This document shows positions 9,597 through 19,367 of a stretch of DNA of 64,000 nt, piece by piece; position 1 is the stretch's first letter, and every line of letters begins with the position of its first letter. A program made the position numbers and the translations under genes. The notes under the pieces were generated by a model that worked only from the letters and a program-made list of their open reading frames with translations, did not search any database and was not told the origin of the DNA. The DNA is from Pyrodictiaceae archaeon (GTDB lineage: Archaea; Thermoproteota; Thermoprotei_A; Sulfolobales; Pyrodictiaceae), in NCBI GenBank assembly GCA_027036135.1, contig JALVSY010000007.1, positions 164,880 to 228,879 of the forward strand. Direction: 5' to 3'.

Positions 9597-11009
9597 CTAG
9601 GAGCTGCCACTATGGGCTCGAACTCCATGGGGCGGCATAGGTGACTGTCTCTCCCTCTTTTTTCGCAGAGTCTTCATTATCAATGAGTAGTCAGCAACCA
9701 TCCTTGCCTCGTCGAGTGCTGTGAAGGGCTTATCTAGGTCCCTGATCCTCCTGGCCACTACTGCGTAGTAATTCCTAGGCCCCGTTAATCCTGTCTTAGA
9801 GCTTTTCTTCTCCAAGGCGCTGAGGATCCGCCTTGCCTCCTCTAGGTCTATGTTGCTCCACTTAGCCTCGATGAACGTTGTTGAGTCGCCGGGGCTTCGT
9901 ACAATCAGGTCTATCTCTGTGCCCCGGTGCCACCAGGGACCAGCCTCGTGAGGAGGTGTAGGCACTATTCCGAGAGAGTATAGTTCTCCTATATGGTCTC
10001 TGAGCCATTGCTCAAAGACTCTCGGGGCATAGCTCTCGGCAACCCTTCTTGCCTCGGCAACTATTTCGGGAGGGGTGCCTAGCTCTATGAGGCTCTTTAC
10101 CTTGGCTATGTAGCCGTAGTAGAACTGGAAATACGGGTCTCGTATCAATATTCTCTGGCCACGTCTATATCCAAGCGGCCGGATTCTCTCAACTATGTAT
10201 CTATGCGCGCTTCTAGGGTCTATGCCCGCTTTCTGAGCCGCCTCGCCTGGCTTCGTAGCGCCCTCGGCTATGGCTTTGAGTAATGCTGCATAGCTACGGG
10301 GCTCGCGTAGCTCCTGCCTTAGGAGCGAGGGTGCCTCCTCGAGTAGAGGGGAGCCAGGGGAAAGCACTTTCTCTAGGACATCGCCTAGGTTCTTGGAGCC
10401 GAGTGTCTGTGCTAGGTAGGCTGGGGTGCCACCGACTACACTGTATGAGAGGAGAGCATCTACTGGGTTCATTTCTGGCCAGAAGCCCCATGCCTCCAAG
10501 AGCCTTAGGGGCCGGAGTCTTATCTGAGCTGTTCTCCTCCCGTGGAGTGGGGCCCGGTAGCCTAGGAGCTTTTTCTCGAAGAAGGATACAGAGGAGCCCG
10601 ATAGGATGAGGACTAACTGGGTCCCGGAGAGCACTGTATCAATGCTCCTCATTAGCCTACTGGGGAGCGAGGGCTCGGCCTCCACGAGGTACTGGAATTC
10701 ATCAAGAACCACAGCGAGGCGCTCTCCGCGGCCAGCTATGGATTCTATTGCTTTTATAACATCGTCTCCTGGTACGTATATGCCTAGTTGCCTCCCAGTG
10801 CTCTCAGCGAACTCTCGGCTCAGCTGCTTATAGCTTAGCTCTGCCGCCTCGTAGTAGATGCCCTTGTGCCTCCTAAGCCATTCTAGTATGAGGCGTGTCT
10901 TTCCTACACGGCGTCTACCGTATATGATTACTAGCCTAAACCCTGGCCTATTCCACTCCCGCTCAAGTACACTAAGCTCAACCTCCCTATCAATGAAGGG
11001 TGTCTGCAC
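9597..11009 (-). CDS. Archaeal AAA-type ATPase with winged helix and C-terminal DUF234/nuclease-like domain
   Basis: FIDRE, YGRRRVGKT, LDEFQ, GGTPAY, EIDLI...FIEAKW. Confidence 0.85.
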   Translation of the reverse strand: MQTPFIDREVELSVLEREWNRPGFRLVIIYGRRRVGKTRLILEWLRRHKGIYYEAAELSYKQLSREFAESTGRQLGIYVPGDDVIKAIESIAGRGERLAVVLDEFQYLVEAEPSLPSRLMRSIDTVLSGTQLVLILSGSSVSFFEKKLLGYRAPLHGRRTAQIRLRPLRLLEAWGFWPEMNPVDALLSYSVVGGTPAYLAQTLGSKNLGDVLEKVLSPGSPLLEEAPSLLRQELREPRSYAALLKAIAEGATKPGEAAQKAGIDPRSAHRYIVERIRPLGYRRGQRILIRDPYFQFYYGYIAKVKSLIELGTPPEIVAEARRVAESYAPRVFEQWLRDHIGELYSLGIVPTPPHEAGPWWHRGTEIDLIVRSPGDSTTFIEAKWSNIDLEEARRILSALEKKSSKTGLTGPRNYYAVVARRIRDLDKPFTALDEARMVADYSLIMKTLRKKRERQSPMPPHGVRAHSGSS

Positions 11010-11044
11010 AGCGTACCCTAGTATTCGTATCCAGTTACGCGTAC

Positions 11045-12253
11045 CTAGATACGCTTAGCTCTCAGCGATCTACGCCTAGTCTCTAAGGCCTCTGGGAAAG
11101 GCGCTGGCTGGTAGTGCTCCTCGCTATAGTCATCGCGTATCCTCACCCAGCCGAGAAGTACTAAGCGAACATTATCGGTGCTAATCCCTTTATTCCCAGC
11201 GGGTCTAAGGACTATCTTTTCACCAGGTATGTCTAGATCCTCCACCACTGCCAGGGTGTCACCGTCATTGCTCCTAATGCCTGCTAGTAGGCCCCTAGCC
11301 CAGCCGGGGCGCAGCCACCGAGCCGGGGCATCTGGTCTTCGACGAGACTCTATGAAGACGGTGTTTGTACACGTATAGATTACTTCTTCGCTACTGATAC
11401 TGTATGGGCACAGATGAGCAGCTGGGACTCCTCGCAGCACTATGGGCTTGCTCGCGGAGAAGAGCGAGGCGTAGAGGCGCTGGCGATAGGCTCGCCTATC
11501 GCCTCGACTCCGCAGCCTAACAAGCTCCGGCGGCACACTAGGCGCTCTAACAACATCTACTCCTAGGCCGCTGAGCTCCCTTGCCAATCTCTCCTGGCCC
11601 AGCACTATAACAGTGTCTGGCTCCACAGCCTCTACCAGTGCGCGCTTGTACACAACACCCCTATGGGTTACGAAGCCATCGGTATCCATAACGTATTCTC
11701 TGCACTCACGGGCCGCGCGAGTAGTAGCTGCTATGACCAGGTCTATTACCTTCTCGGCCGAGACATGGCCGACAAAGAACCCCTTACTAGGGACGAGGTC
11801 TTGTAGGGACAAAACGTGCCCATCGCCGGGAGGGGCCAGGGACACCATGCCCGGGGTACCGAACTCGTTCTGGCCTACATCAGCCTCCACCACGCATAGT
11901 CTCAGAGCATTGCGTAGCCAGGTGCTCAGCGTAGACTTCCCGGACTCTGGTGCGCCGACGACTACTATACGCCTAGACCCGGTTTCCTCAAGCTCCTTAA
12001 CCACTCTTTGCCACTCCTCTACAAGCTCGTACCCCTTCTCAACCAGCCTATAGGCGCCATTAGCTCCGAGCCCTAAGCAGAGCCTGGAATCCTCCAAAGC
12101 GTATAGAGATGATCCGCGCTCACCCCTAACAATTATCTCGGCCCCGCCTTCCAGCACAAAACCGGTCGCCATGAAGGAGCCGCGCTCAATAACCACCTTC
12201 GCGGGGCCACTAACCCATACACCACTGCCCCTGGCTACCTCAATGCACTCCAT
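11045..12253 (-). CDS. Clp1/Grc3-like polynucleotide 5'-hydroxyl kinase
   Basis: VSGPA N-domain, GAPESGKST, ADVGQ, DTDG, RSRGDRRAYR lid. Start chosen at MECIEV. Confidence 0.8.
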   Translation of the reverse strand: MECIEVARGSGVWVSGPAKVVIERGSFMATGFVLEGGAEIIVRGERGSSLYALEDSRLCLGLGANGAYRLVEKGYELVEEWQRVVKELEETGSRRIVVVGAPESGKSTLSTWLRNALRLCVVEADVGQNEFGTPGMVSLAPPGDGHVLSLQDLVPSKGFFVGHVSAEKVIDLVIAATTRAARECREYVMDTDGFVTHRGVVYKRALVEAVEPDTVIVLGQERLARELSGLGVDVVRAPSVPPELVRLRSRGDRRAYRQRLYASLFSASKPIVLRGVPAAHLCPYSISSEEVIYTCTNTVFIESRRRPDAPARWLRPGWARGLLAGIRSNDGDTLAVVEDLDIPGEKIVLRPAGNKGISTDNVRLVLLGWVRIRDDYSEEHYQPAPFPEALETRRRSLRAKRI

Positions 12254-12471
12254 GGCGCGTGCCCCGCTCACGCCCATAATGCACCGAAGTGAATCCAAAA
12301 GCCTAATGGGTGCTTCCCTCCTACAGGGTTCTCGTAATGTTTCTGGAAAGAACTGGGAGAACACGGGGAGAAAGATAAAACATAGTAAGACCCTAGTATA
12401 GCCCCCGGGAGACCCACCCCAGACCACAGAGACCTAGCAGAGCAACGAGTACCTCGTGGGGTGCGCGTGTC

Positions 12472-12690
12472 TTGGCTTTACTCATGGCGGCTCGTAGAGA
12501 GGAACACATAGTGGGCAAGTACAAAATAACCATACTCTATGACCACGAGGGTAAGCCGATAGGTGCCCTCATAGAAGGCGGGAGACTAACAAAAACACTC
12601 TATATCGCTGCAAAGGAGCGAGCTACTCCACGCCTACCAAGACAGGTGCTAAAGTTCCTCGCCAAGCACGGCTTCAACGTAAAAGCCTAG
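12472..12690 (+). CDS. Small hypothetical protein
   Basis: 72-aa ORF with a GGGGTG SD and typical codon usage. Confidence 0.65.
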   Translation: MALLMAARREEHIVGKYKITILYDHEGKPIGALIEGGRLTKTLYIAAKERATPRLPRQVLKFLAKHGFNVKA

Positions 12691-12694
12691 AGGC

Positions 12695-12765
12695 GGCTCG
12701 GCCGTCGGGGCTCTATTCATCGGCTCCGAGGGCCTCGATTCAACGAAAAAGCCTCCTCACAGCCC
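12695..12765 (-). ncRNA. Candidate C/D-box sRNA
   Basis: Minus strand reads GGC-t-GUGAGGA (C-like)...CGAUGA (C')...CCGA (D)-GCC with a terminal stem, in a GC-rich intergenic gap. Confidence 0.35.
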
Positions 12766-12809
12766 ACTTTCTCCCGATTTCTCCTCGCCCCCTAGCTCAG
12801 TGCCTAGCA

Positions 12810-13619
12810 CTAAGGAACTTGTTCTACCTCGATTCCCTGGTGATCTACGTAGCCTTCTTTAGTAATTGTACCTAGTCCCGACCTGTTTGCCTCAAACCCG
12901 GGACTGCCGAGGAAGAGTTGCTCGAGTTCCTTAGCTAGCTTCTCGGGCTTTGTCTCGGTGCTACGTATCACTGATGAACCGTCTCGGCTGAACCAGTAGA
13001 TTCTCGAGTAATGGCTCGTTATGAGTACTCTAACGCTCTCAGAGAAGTCCTTTTTATCAGCGACTAGTATAAGGTTCTCGATTAAACTTAGCCTATGTGT
13101 AGCATAGCCTGCTACAACGTACCCGTAGTCCTCGAGTACATTAGCCGCCTTCGCAGCTGAGTGGTCAATGAGCTTACTCATACCCATCTTTGACAAGGGA
13201 AGCAAGTTGCCATAGCCTAGCCTGTAGCTTCTCTTCTCCGAGCCCATAGTTACATGGAGTAGTGCTGGCATGTAGCCTGGTTCGACTACGAGCCTCCACC
13301 CTGTTGCTTCCTCGCTCTTTTCCTCGCGCATGTATATCCAGGGGTCAAATGCTATGAGCTCTATTAGTACTAGTTGTGTTAGGCCAGGAGGTCCGACGTG
13401 GCGACATCTAATGAAGAGCTTGTTGCTATGACTTATTGTCTCGAAGGCCTCGTAGGCTCCTATGAAGTGCGCCTTGTCGAGCCTACCCGTGCTCCTCTCG
13501 CAGTAATTCCTAACCATTTCCCTTGAGAACAGCCTCGTAATACCTATGACGACGTAGTCCAATGACCCACTACCGAGTATTTCTAGCCTATTCTTATCCG
13601 GTTCTAGGCTAGCGCGCAT
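12810..13619 (-). CDS. Hypothetical protein
   Basis: 269-aa ORF directly downstream of the PaREP1-like gene. No recognised motif. Confidence 0.65.
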   Translation of the reverse strand: MRASLEPDKNRLEILGSGSLDYVVIGITRLFSREMVRNYCERSTGRLDKAHFIGAYEAFETISHSNKLFIRCRHVGPPGLTQLVLIELIAFDPWIYMREEKSEEATGWRLVVEPGYMPALLHVTMGSEKRSYRLGYGNLLPLSKMGMSKLIDHSAAKAANVLEDYGYVVAGYATHRLSLIENLILVADKKDFSESVRVLITSHYSRIYWFSRDGSSVIRSTETKPEKLAKELEQLFLGSPGFEANRSGLGTITKEGYVDHQGIEVEQVP

Positions 13620-13626
13620 GAGGCTC

Positions 13627-14103
13627 TCACGCTCCTAGGAATTCTCCTAGCTTCTCGAGCAGTGATTCAACCCGCTTACTTATTGCCTCGAAGTGCGTCT
13701 CACCGCTAAGCCCTTCGCGCGAAGCTATAAACGCTGCCAACCCGGCATAGAACGCGTCGAGGACGATAACGCCTAGTTGATTAGCCGCGTCGCTGGCTAT
13801 GCCCCAGTACCAGTCTAGGCCCGAGCCCGGGGCAACACCCCTGCTTAGGGCATACGCCTCCAGGCCCAGCAGTACACTAGCCCAGAGCCTCCTGAAGGCC
13901 TCTGGGTACTCGCCCTTAGCTTGATGAGGCTTTGCGTGCTCTAGGCTATTCCGCGCAGCCTCTAGGAGGACACGTGGCTTCTCCTCCCCAGAGACCATGT
14001 CCAGGAGGAGACGGACCATGAGAGCCTCCGGCGTGGTTCCCCTACGCTCAGCTTCCTCGCGTAGAGCACGTAGAAGCGTCTCCGGTAAAAGGACAGAGGA
14101 CAG
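13627..14103 (-). CDS. PaREP1-like protein (RHH-like N-terminus plus HEPN-like domain)
   Basis: AKGEYPEAFRRLWASV helix pattern. Frame extends to a CTG at 14103 (LSSVLLPETLLRALREEAERRGTTPEAL) behind GGGGTG. Confidence 0.6.
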   Translation of the reverse strand: MSSVLLPETLLRALREEAERRGTTPEALMVRLLLDMVSGEEKPRVLLEAARNSLEHAKPHQAKGEYPEAFRRLWASVLLGLEAYALSRGVAPGSGLDWYWGIASDAANQLGVIVLDAFYAGLAAFIASREGLSGETHFEAISKRVESLLEKLGEFLGA

Positions 14104-14253
14104 TAGGCTGCACCCCCATGCTATACTTATTAGGAGCTACTCCCACCCTTATTTGCAGCGCTACTTCTTTCAAAAACCTTACCAACGGGTAACCCAGGAA
14201 TATAACTCGCTCAGCCACATATACTTGTAGTATGAGGAGAGGGAGCCCCGAGA

Positions 14254-14718
14254 ATGGCTAGAGCCATAGTACCCCTTGTAGCCCTATTAGCGTTAATAGC
14301 TCTAGTAATCTCCTCCTTCGCCAGCCTAGGCACCATATTGTCGCCTAAGCCGGGAGCTAGTACTACCTGTAGGCTTGGCCCCCTAAGAGCCAACATTGGA
14401 GCAAGCTACTACGATGACTCGCTTGTAGTTAGCTACGTTATTCAACCACCTAACCCATGCTACAAAGTAGAATCAGTAATTGTACACCAAACCGGGCTAA
14501 GCGGCAACGAGGCAGACATAACATTAATGATGAGGGCGACAGGGCCCGTGCCAGGGAAGATGTGTGTACAGGTACTACCGCCGCCAGTTACTGGCGAAGC
14601 CCACATAAATGTGCTAGGGAAGCCCTTGCTGGTGAGGATAAATATGGAGCTAACACTGGTGCTTGACAACGGCTCCGTGGAGCACTATAGCTGTACCGCG
14701 CTCATAAAGAACTCATAA
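14254..14718 (+). CDS. Secreted/membrane-anchored Cys-containing hypothetical protein
   Basis: N-terminal hydrophobic signal, PPNPCY and MCVQVL motifs, beta-rich. Confidence 0.7.
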   Translation: MARAIVPLVALLALIALVISSFASLGTILSPKPGASTTCRLGPLRANIGASYYDDSLVVSYVIQPPNPCYKVESVIVHQTGLSGNEADITLMMRATGPVPGKMCVQVLPPPVTGEAHINVLGKPLLVRINMELTLVLDNGSVEHYSCTALIKNS

Positions 14719-14882
14719 AAGAGCAAAACAGGGGAGCCGTAACCCTGTGGGGAAGCAATCTTATACCTTCACGACTCCATACATCGCCATGAGGCACGTA
14801 ACACGTCCCTGGCCATCGTTTTTCAATGCTTCGCGCACTAGAGGAGCACAAGTCTCTCCGTGCCATTAGAGGTGTGTAATGC

Positions 14883-16175
14883 ATGGAGCAAGGCACTGTG
14901 CCCAGGTACTTACAGAAGCTAACCCCTGTTAACGAGGCACTCGAGATAATAAAGAAGAGGATTAAACCCATATCCGAGGCCGAGGAGCTGCCCCTTTGGC
15001 AGGCTGTTGGCAGGGTCTTAGCAGAGGATCTTAGAGCACCACACGATTTTCCTCCTAGGCCCAGGGCTGCTTATGACGGCTACGCTGTTCGCTCGGAGGA
15101 TACTCCTGGGAAGCTACGCGTCATAGGCGAGGCGCCTATAGGCCGGGTCGAGATAGAGTACCGCGTTGAGCCCGGTACGGCTGTGTATGTCTCTACGGGG
15201 GCGTATCTCCCGGAGGGAGCTGATACCGTTGTCCCCGAGGAGGCTGTGCGCCTAGAGGATGGTTACATCGTTATTGATAAGCACTTTGAGCCCGGCAAGA
15301 ACCTCGACCCCGTAGGCTTCTATGCCAAGAAGGGCCAAGTCCTTCTACCCAAGGGCTACGTGCTAACAGAGCTAGACATAGTGGGTCTACTAGACATAGC
15401 AGTGACGAGGGCAAAGGTTTACCGGGAGATAAGGGTAGGGATAATCGCGACTGGGACAGAGTTATTTGAGCCAACGAGCCCCGAGGAGGCAGAGAAGCGC
15501 ATACTCAGAGGAGAGGTAGCGGAGACAACGGCGAAGCTCATAGAGAGCATGATAAACCGCTATACCCCCTGGGCTCGCGTGGTTAGGAGAATACTATTAC
15601 CAGACCATATAGATACTATCGAGTGGGTGCTCCGGCGCCAGACAAGCGGCCTAGACCTAGTCATAATGACTGGTGGCACGGGGCCAAGCGAGGTGGATCC
15701 CTTCTACCAGCTAGCCGAGAGGATGAACGCGGAGGTGCTGTTCCGGGGCCTCTTCGTGAGAGGCGGTAGACCGACCTCTGCGGCGATCCTGCAAAACGGG
15801 GTCCTGCTCCTAGCGCTCTCCGGGCACCCAGTCTCAGCGCTACACGGCTTCCTAAGGCTCCTATACCATGTGCTCAAGCACATGGGCAATGTTGAGCGGG
15901 CAGGAGAGCCACCGATACAAGGCTACGCAGCGTTAGCCTCACCGCTTAAGTCAAAGAGGCCCGAACCAGTTAAGGCGAAGCTCTATTACCGTGATGGCGT
16001 GCTAGTAGCTGAGCCGTTGCCGCGGGAGAGACAATTATCCTCGGTCACGGTTAGCAACGTGGAGGCCGACGGAATACTCCTAGTCGATAAAAAGGAGTAC
16101 GAGCCAGGCGAACTAGTACCAGTAATGATATACCGAGAACCAGTACCACTACCAACAAAGGAGCAAGAGGGGTAA
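14883..16175 (+). CDS. moeA: Molybdopterin molybdotransferase
   Basis: GRVLAEDL, AYDGYAV, TGAYLPEGADTVV..E, ATGTEL, TGGTG, LSGHPVS. Confidence 0.9.
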   Translation: MEQGTVPRYLQKLTPVNEALEIIKKRIKPISEAEELPLWQAVGRVLAEDLRAPHDFPPRPRAAYDGYAVRSEDTPGKLRVIGEAPIGRVEIEYRVEPGTAVYVSTGAYLPEGADTVVPEEAVRLEDGYIVIDKHFEPGKNLDPVGFYAKKGQVLLPKGYVLTELDIVGLLDIAVTRAKVYREIRVGIIATGTELFEPTSPEEAEKRILRGEVAETTAKLIESMINRYTPWARVVRRILLPDHIDTIEWVLRRQTSGLDLVIMTGGTGPSEVDPFYQLAERMNAEVLFRGLFVRGGRPTSAAILQNGVLLLALSGHPVSALHGFLRLLYHVLKHMGNVERAGEPPIQGYAALASPLKSKRPEPVKAKLYYRDGVLVAEPLPRERQLSSVTVSNVEADGILLVDKKEYEPGELVPVMIYREPVPLPTKEQEG

Positions 16176-16228
16176 CCCAGCAAGTACTTATACTATGAAC
16201 ATGCTTTTATTTACCTGGTGGGAAACAC

Positions 16229-16537
16229 GTGCCACTATACGTTATCCTATCCAAGCTAACCGATAAAGGCGCACAAACAGTTTTCAAGAAGCCGGAGAGA
16301 ATCCTAGAGGTGAACAAGGAGCTCGAGGAAATGGGGCTAAGAGTAATCCACCAGTACCTTGTCTTCGGTGACTAGGATTTCTTAAACATAGTTGAGGCCC
16401 GGAACAACGAAGCCCTCGCAGCAGCACTGATAAACCTGAACATAAGGGGCACTATAAGAACAACTACCTACAAGCTAATGAGCATCGACGAGTTAATAAA
16501 AGCGGTCAAGAAGACCGCAGAGAAGAAAGAAGACTAA
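16229..16537 (+). pseudogene. GYD-domain protein interrupted by an in-frame TAG
   Basis: MPLYVILSKLTDKG...QYLVFGD*DFLNIVEA...GTIRTTT. TAG at 16373-16375 replaces the Tyr of the G-x-Y-D motif. Absent from the ORF track. Confidence 0.75.
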
Positions 16538-16552
16538 GGAACTGATATTGCT

Positions 16553-17821
16553 CTAGTTGCAGTGGGGCCTAGCCTCTAGTTTTCTAAGTCTTTTCTCTAT
16601 CTCTTTCTCGAAGAACTCTGCTAGCCTTTCTACCTCGTCTAAGCGTCCACTACGCGCCTGCTCCTGTGCATAGAGGATCAGGGGGCGCATGAGTTTCTTC
16701 AACAAGCTCTTAGTGAAGAGGGCCAAGGGCTCAGCAACAACCCCGTCTATCCCGCGTCCCCGTAGCACACTAGTAAGCTCTTCTAGCTCCTCTGAGGCAA
16801 CCATCTCCGCGTATCGCATAATCTTCGCGATAGCCTCGTCAGCCAATCTTTTCTCCCACTTAGCTATGAAAATCCTTATCTCATCCTCTATTATCTTCTC
16901 CGCCTTAGGTATCTCTGCTAAGCGCTTCTCAAGGGTATCCCTTATAGCCTCCTTCACCTCGTCTAGGCCAGCGTACTCGATGTGGCCCGGAACAGGCTTC
17001 TCAACAACTGATGGCACTGATATATCAACTATGAGGGTGCCGGGCTTAAGCACCGAGAGAACATCCCTTGTAAGCACTGGCTTAAGGGCATTAATAGCAA
17101 CGAAGACGATGCGCGCGCTACTGACTGCCTCGCGTAGCTTATCCAGGGGATAAGCACTACCCCCGACCTTTGCTGCTAGCTCGGCTGCTTTCTCATAGCT
17201 ACGATTAACGATGGCTATGCGTGCTCTTGGCCACTTCTCCCTCACGAGACTAGCTATTATAGAGCCAGCATCGCCGGCACCAATAACCGCTACTAGCTCG
17301 TCACCGATATCGCCTAGCCTCTCCCATGCAAGCTTCACAGCCGCTCCGGGAAACCCTACATTGCCCCTGGATATCCCGGTCTCGCTTCGAACAAGCTTAC
17401 CGACGCGAACAGCGAACTGGAAAAGCATAGACAAGTACTTCGAGGCGAAACCCAGGCGACGAGCCTCCTCATAAGCCCGTGCAACTTGGCCAAGAATCTC
17501 GTTCTCACCAATAATGGCTGACTCGAGGCCGGCTGCTACACGGAACAAGTGACGAACAGCATCTACTCCGCGAAACACTCTCGCATAGCCAGCAGCGTCT
17601 CCGAGGAATTCACGGACTCGTGCAAGGAACTCCTCCTGGTCATCGCTGAGCGCGTAGGCCTCGAAACGATTACACGTAGCGAGTACAACGAGTTCACGAG
17701 AAGAACCAGCAAGATAACTATAAGCGTCGCGCGCTCTCTGCTCAAGAGCACCGATAACCTCTAGGGGGGCCCAGCGATGACTAATACTCACCGCAACAAG
17801 GTCATCAAGACCAGGAGCCAC
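16553..17821 (-). CDS. hemA: Glutamyl-tRNA reductase
   Basis: LATCNRFE, HLFRVAAGLES..IGENEILGQV, IGAGDAG, NRS, DISVP. Confidence 0.95.
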   Translation of the reverse strand: MAPGLDDLVAVSISHRWAPLEVIGALEQRARDAYSYLAGSSRELVVLATCNRFEAYALSDDQEEFLARVREFLGDAAGYARVFRGVDAVRHLFRVAAGLESAIIGENEILGQVARAYEEARRLGFASKYLSMLFQFAVRVGKLVRSETGISRGNVGFPGAAVKLAWERLGDIGDELVAVIGAGDAGSIIASLVREKWPRARIAIVNRSYEKAAELAAKVGGSAYPLDKLREAVSSARIVFVAINALKPVLTRDVLSVLKPGTLIVDISVPSVVEKPVPGHIEYAGLDEVKEAIRDTLEKRLAEIPKAEKIIEDEIRIFIAKWEKRLADEAIAKIMRYAEMVASEELEELTSVLRGRGIDGVVAEPLALFTKSLLKKLMRPLILYAQEQARSGRLDEVERLAEFFEKEIEKRLRKLEARPHCN

Positions 17822-18005
17822 GAGCTATCACCATCGTCGTGGCGATAAAACAGGGCACAGCGGTACTGGCTCCACTACCTCACCTTCTCCTATCAACATA
17901 AGCTACCACTATCACTCTTGTAATGGTTTCCCCCTAAAAAATAAGGATGAGGAAGGACACCTAAATAATAGACCGGCGCCGAGAATAGTACCCGAGACTA
18001 AGGAG

Positions 18006-18029
18006 CTGTGCCTAAACATTTTGGCACAG
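18006..18029. promoter_or_regulatory. Near-perfect palindrome, candidate operator
   Basis: CTGTGCC-TAAACATTTT-GGCACAG between hemA and the divergent HTH gene. Confidence 0.4.
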
Positions 18030-18087
18030 TACTATGCGCATACCCTCTACCCCGCACAAGTAATTCGACTCTTTGGACTAAAGGTGC

Positions 18088-18867
18088 GTGAACGTCTTGG
18101 CCCGCACCCCTGCACTAATAGTCGCGATTAAGGAGCCCAGGAACCCCGATGAGTACTGCTTCGCGCAACGCCTCCTCTACCTAGCAGAGAGCATGTGCGA
18201 CACTAGCCAGGCGAGCTGCAAGCTGGGCAGAAGCGGGGCCGAGATCCCATACCCCTTGCTAGTCGCCACAATCCTCCACGCCGCTAGCCGCGGCGACAAG
18301 GTAGAGGGCTGGATAAGGGTGCAGGGAGAGCAACAAGCACTAGCAGCTTTACAAACAGTTCTTCGCCGAGAAAAAGAACTGGCCTTCCAGGTAGTAGCTG
18401 AGACTAAACACAATATACTAGTAAAGATATTAATACCTTTGAATAAGTGGTGTGGTGGTTGCCGCTTCTGCCCACACATAGATACACTGCCAAACACTAT
18501 GCCGGTAAGCATAGTTTTGACTAGCCAATACATAGTCTTTAGCCTGATAGCCTCTAGGCCACAGGTGCTCAGACAAATGGAGGACCTAGGCTTTAGAATA
18601 CTAGACGCGCTACCAGTAACCGAGTACGAGGACCCATTGACCTCGAAGCAGGAGATAGCACTAGTACTAGCCTATCTCTACGGCTACTACGCCCACCCCA
18701 GAAGGACAAGCATAAGGGAGCTAGCAAGCAAGCTAGGCATGTCTGGCTCAGCGCTAGCAGAGCTACTGAGGAAAGCCGAGCTCAAGGTAATAAAGAACTA
18801 TGTTATCGGTAACCTAGCGCACCACATATACCTAACAATCAGGCAGAAGGCGCAAGAAGCAGACTAG
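18088..18867 (+). CDS. Bat-type (HTH_10) transcriptional regulator with Cys-rich sensor region
   Basis: C-terminal LTSKQEIAL..AYLYGYY..PRRTSIRELA..LGMS...LRKAE. Internal WCGGCRFCP. Confidence 0.8.
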   Translation: MNVLARTPALIVAIKEPRNPDEYCFAQRLLYLAESMCDTSQASCKLGRSGAEIPYPLLVATILHAASRGDKVEGWIRVQGEQQALAALQTVLRREKELAFQVVAETKHNILVKILIPLNKWCGGCRFCPHIDTLPNTMPVSIVLTSQYIVFSLIASRPQVLRQMEDLGFRILDALPVTEYEDPLTSKQEIALVLAYLYGYYAHPRRTSIRELASKLGMSGSALAELLRKAELKVIKNYVIGNLAHHIYLTIRQKAQEAD

Positions 18868-18870
18868 GCA

Positions 18871-19209
18871 CTACCTCCTACCAGCCCTCTTCTTCCAGGC
18901 CTCAATCTCCTCCAACAATGGCCTGGGATCACCCTTCTCAAGCGCATCAATTACTTGTAGAAGCCTACTAGGCGGGATAATCACAACCAATACACTCCGG
19001 AGAAAGAAGCGGGCACGGCGCTTATCGCCTTTCGCGTACTCAAGAAGTACACTATAGGCCTTCAAGGGATCAGTTACAAGGAGCGAGGCGAAATCAGACT
19101 TATACTTCTTAAACGCGATATTGTTGAGCATCGATACAGCGCCCAGCGCAGTACCGCGCAGCCTCCGAGACAAGAGCTGCACAAGCTTATCCTGCGCCGA
19201 AGCCGACAC
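18871..19209 (-). CDS. Small helical protein, DUF3227/NitrOD5-like (KaiC-associated) by resemblance
   Basis: 112 aa, LLVTDPLKAYSVL pattern, downstream of the KaiC-like gene. Confidence 0.5.
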   Translation of the reverse strand: MSASAQDKLVQLLSRRLRGTALGAVSMLNNIAFKKYKSDFASLLVTDPLKAYSVLLEYAKGDKRRARFFLRSVLVVIIPPSRLLQVIDALEKGDPRPLLEEIEAWKKRAGRR

Positions 19210-19367
19210 CCCGATACTACACCTCGCCGCGCTATAAGAACGTAATCCCTGCCCCTAAGCCCCCGCTACCACTCCAAGCCAATAACATTAACTCTGCTTA
19301 GTGGTACAGTAAAAAGCTAGCGCTCATTAATCGGAGACCAGACTAGGTTACCAAATAGATATAGGTG

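Noticed and set aside
9335-9644. Short ORFs between the hydantoinase and ATPase genes
   Set aside because: No recognisable motifs, mutually overlapping, atypical composition.
16373-16375. Pyrrolysine or selenocysteine recoding at in-frame stops (also 50158)
   Set aside because: Both stops are one substitution from the expected Tyr or Trp codon, TAG and TGA are normal stops throughout the window, and no pyl or sel genes are seen.
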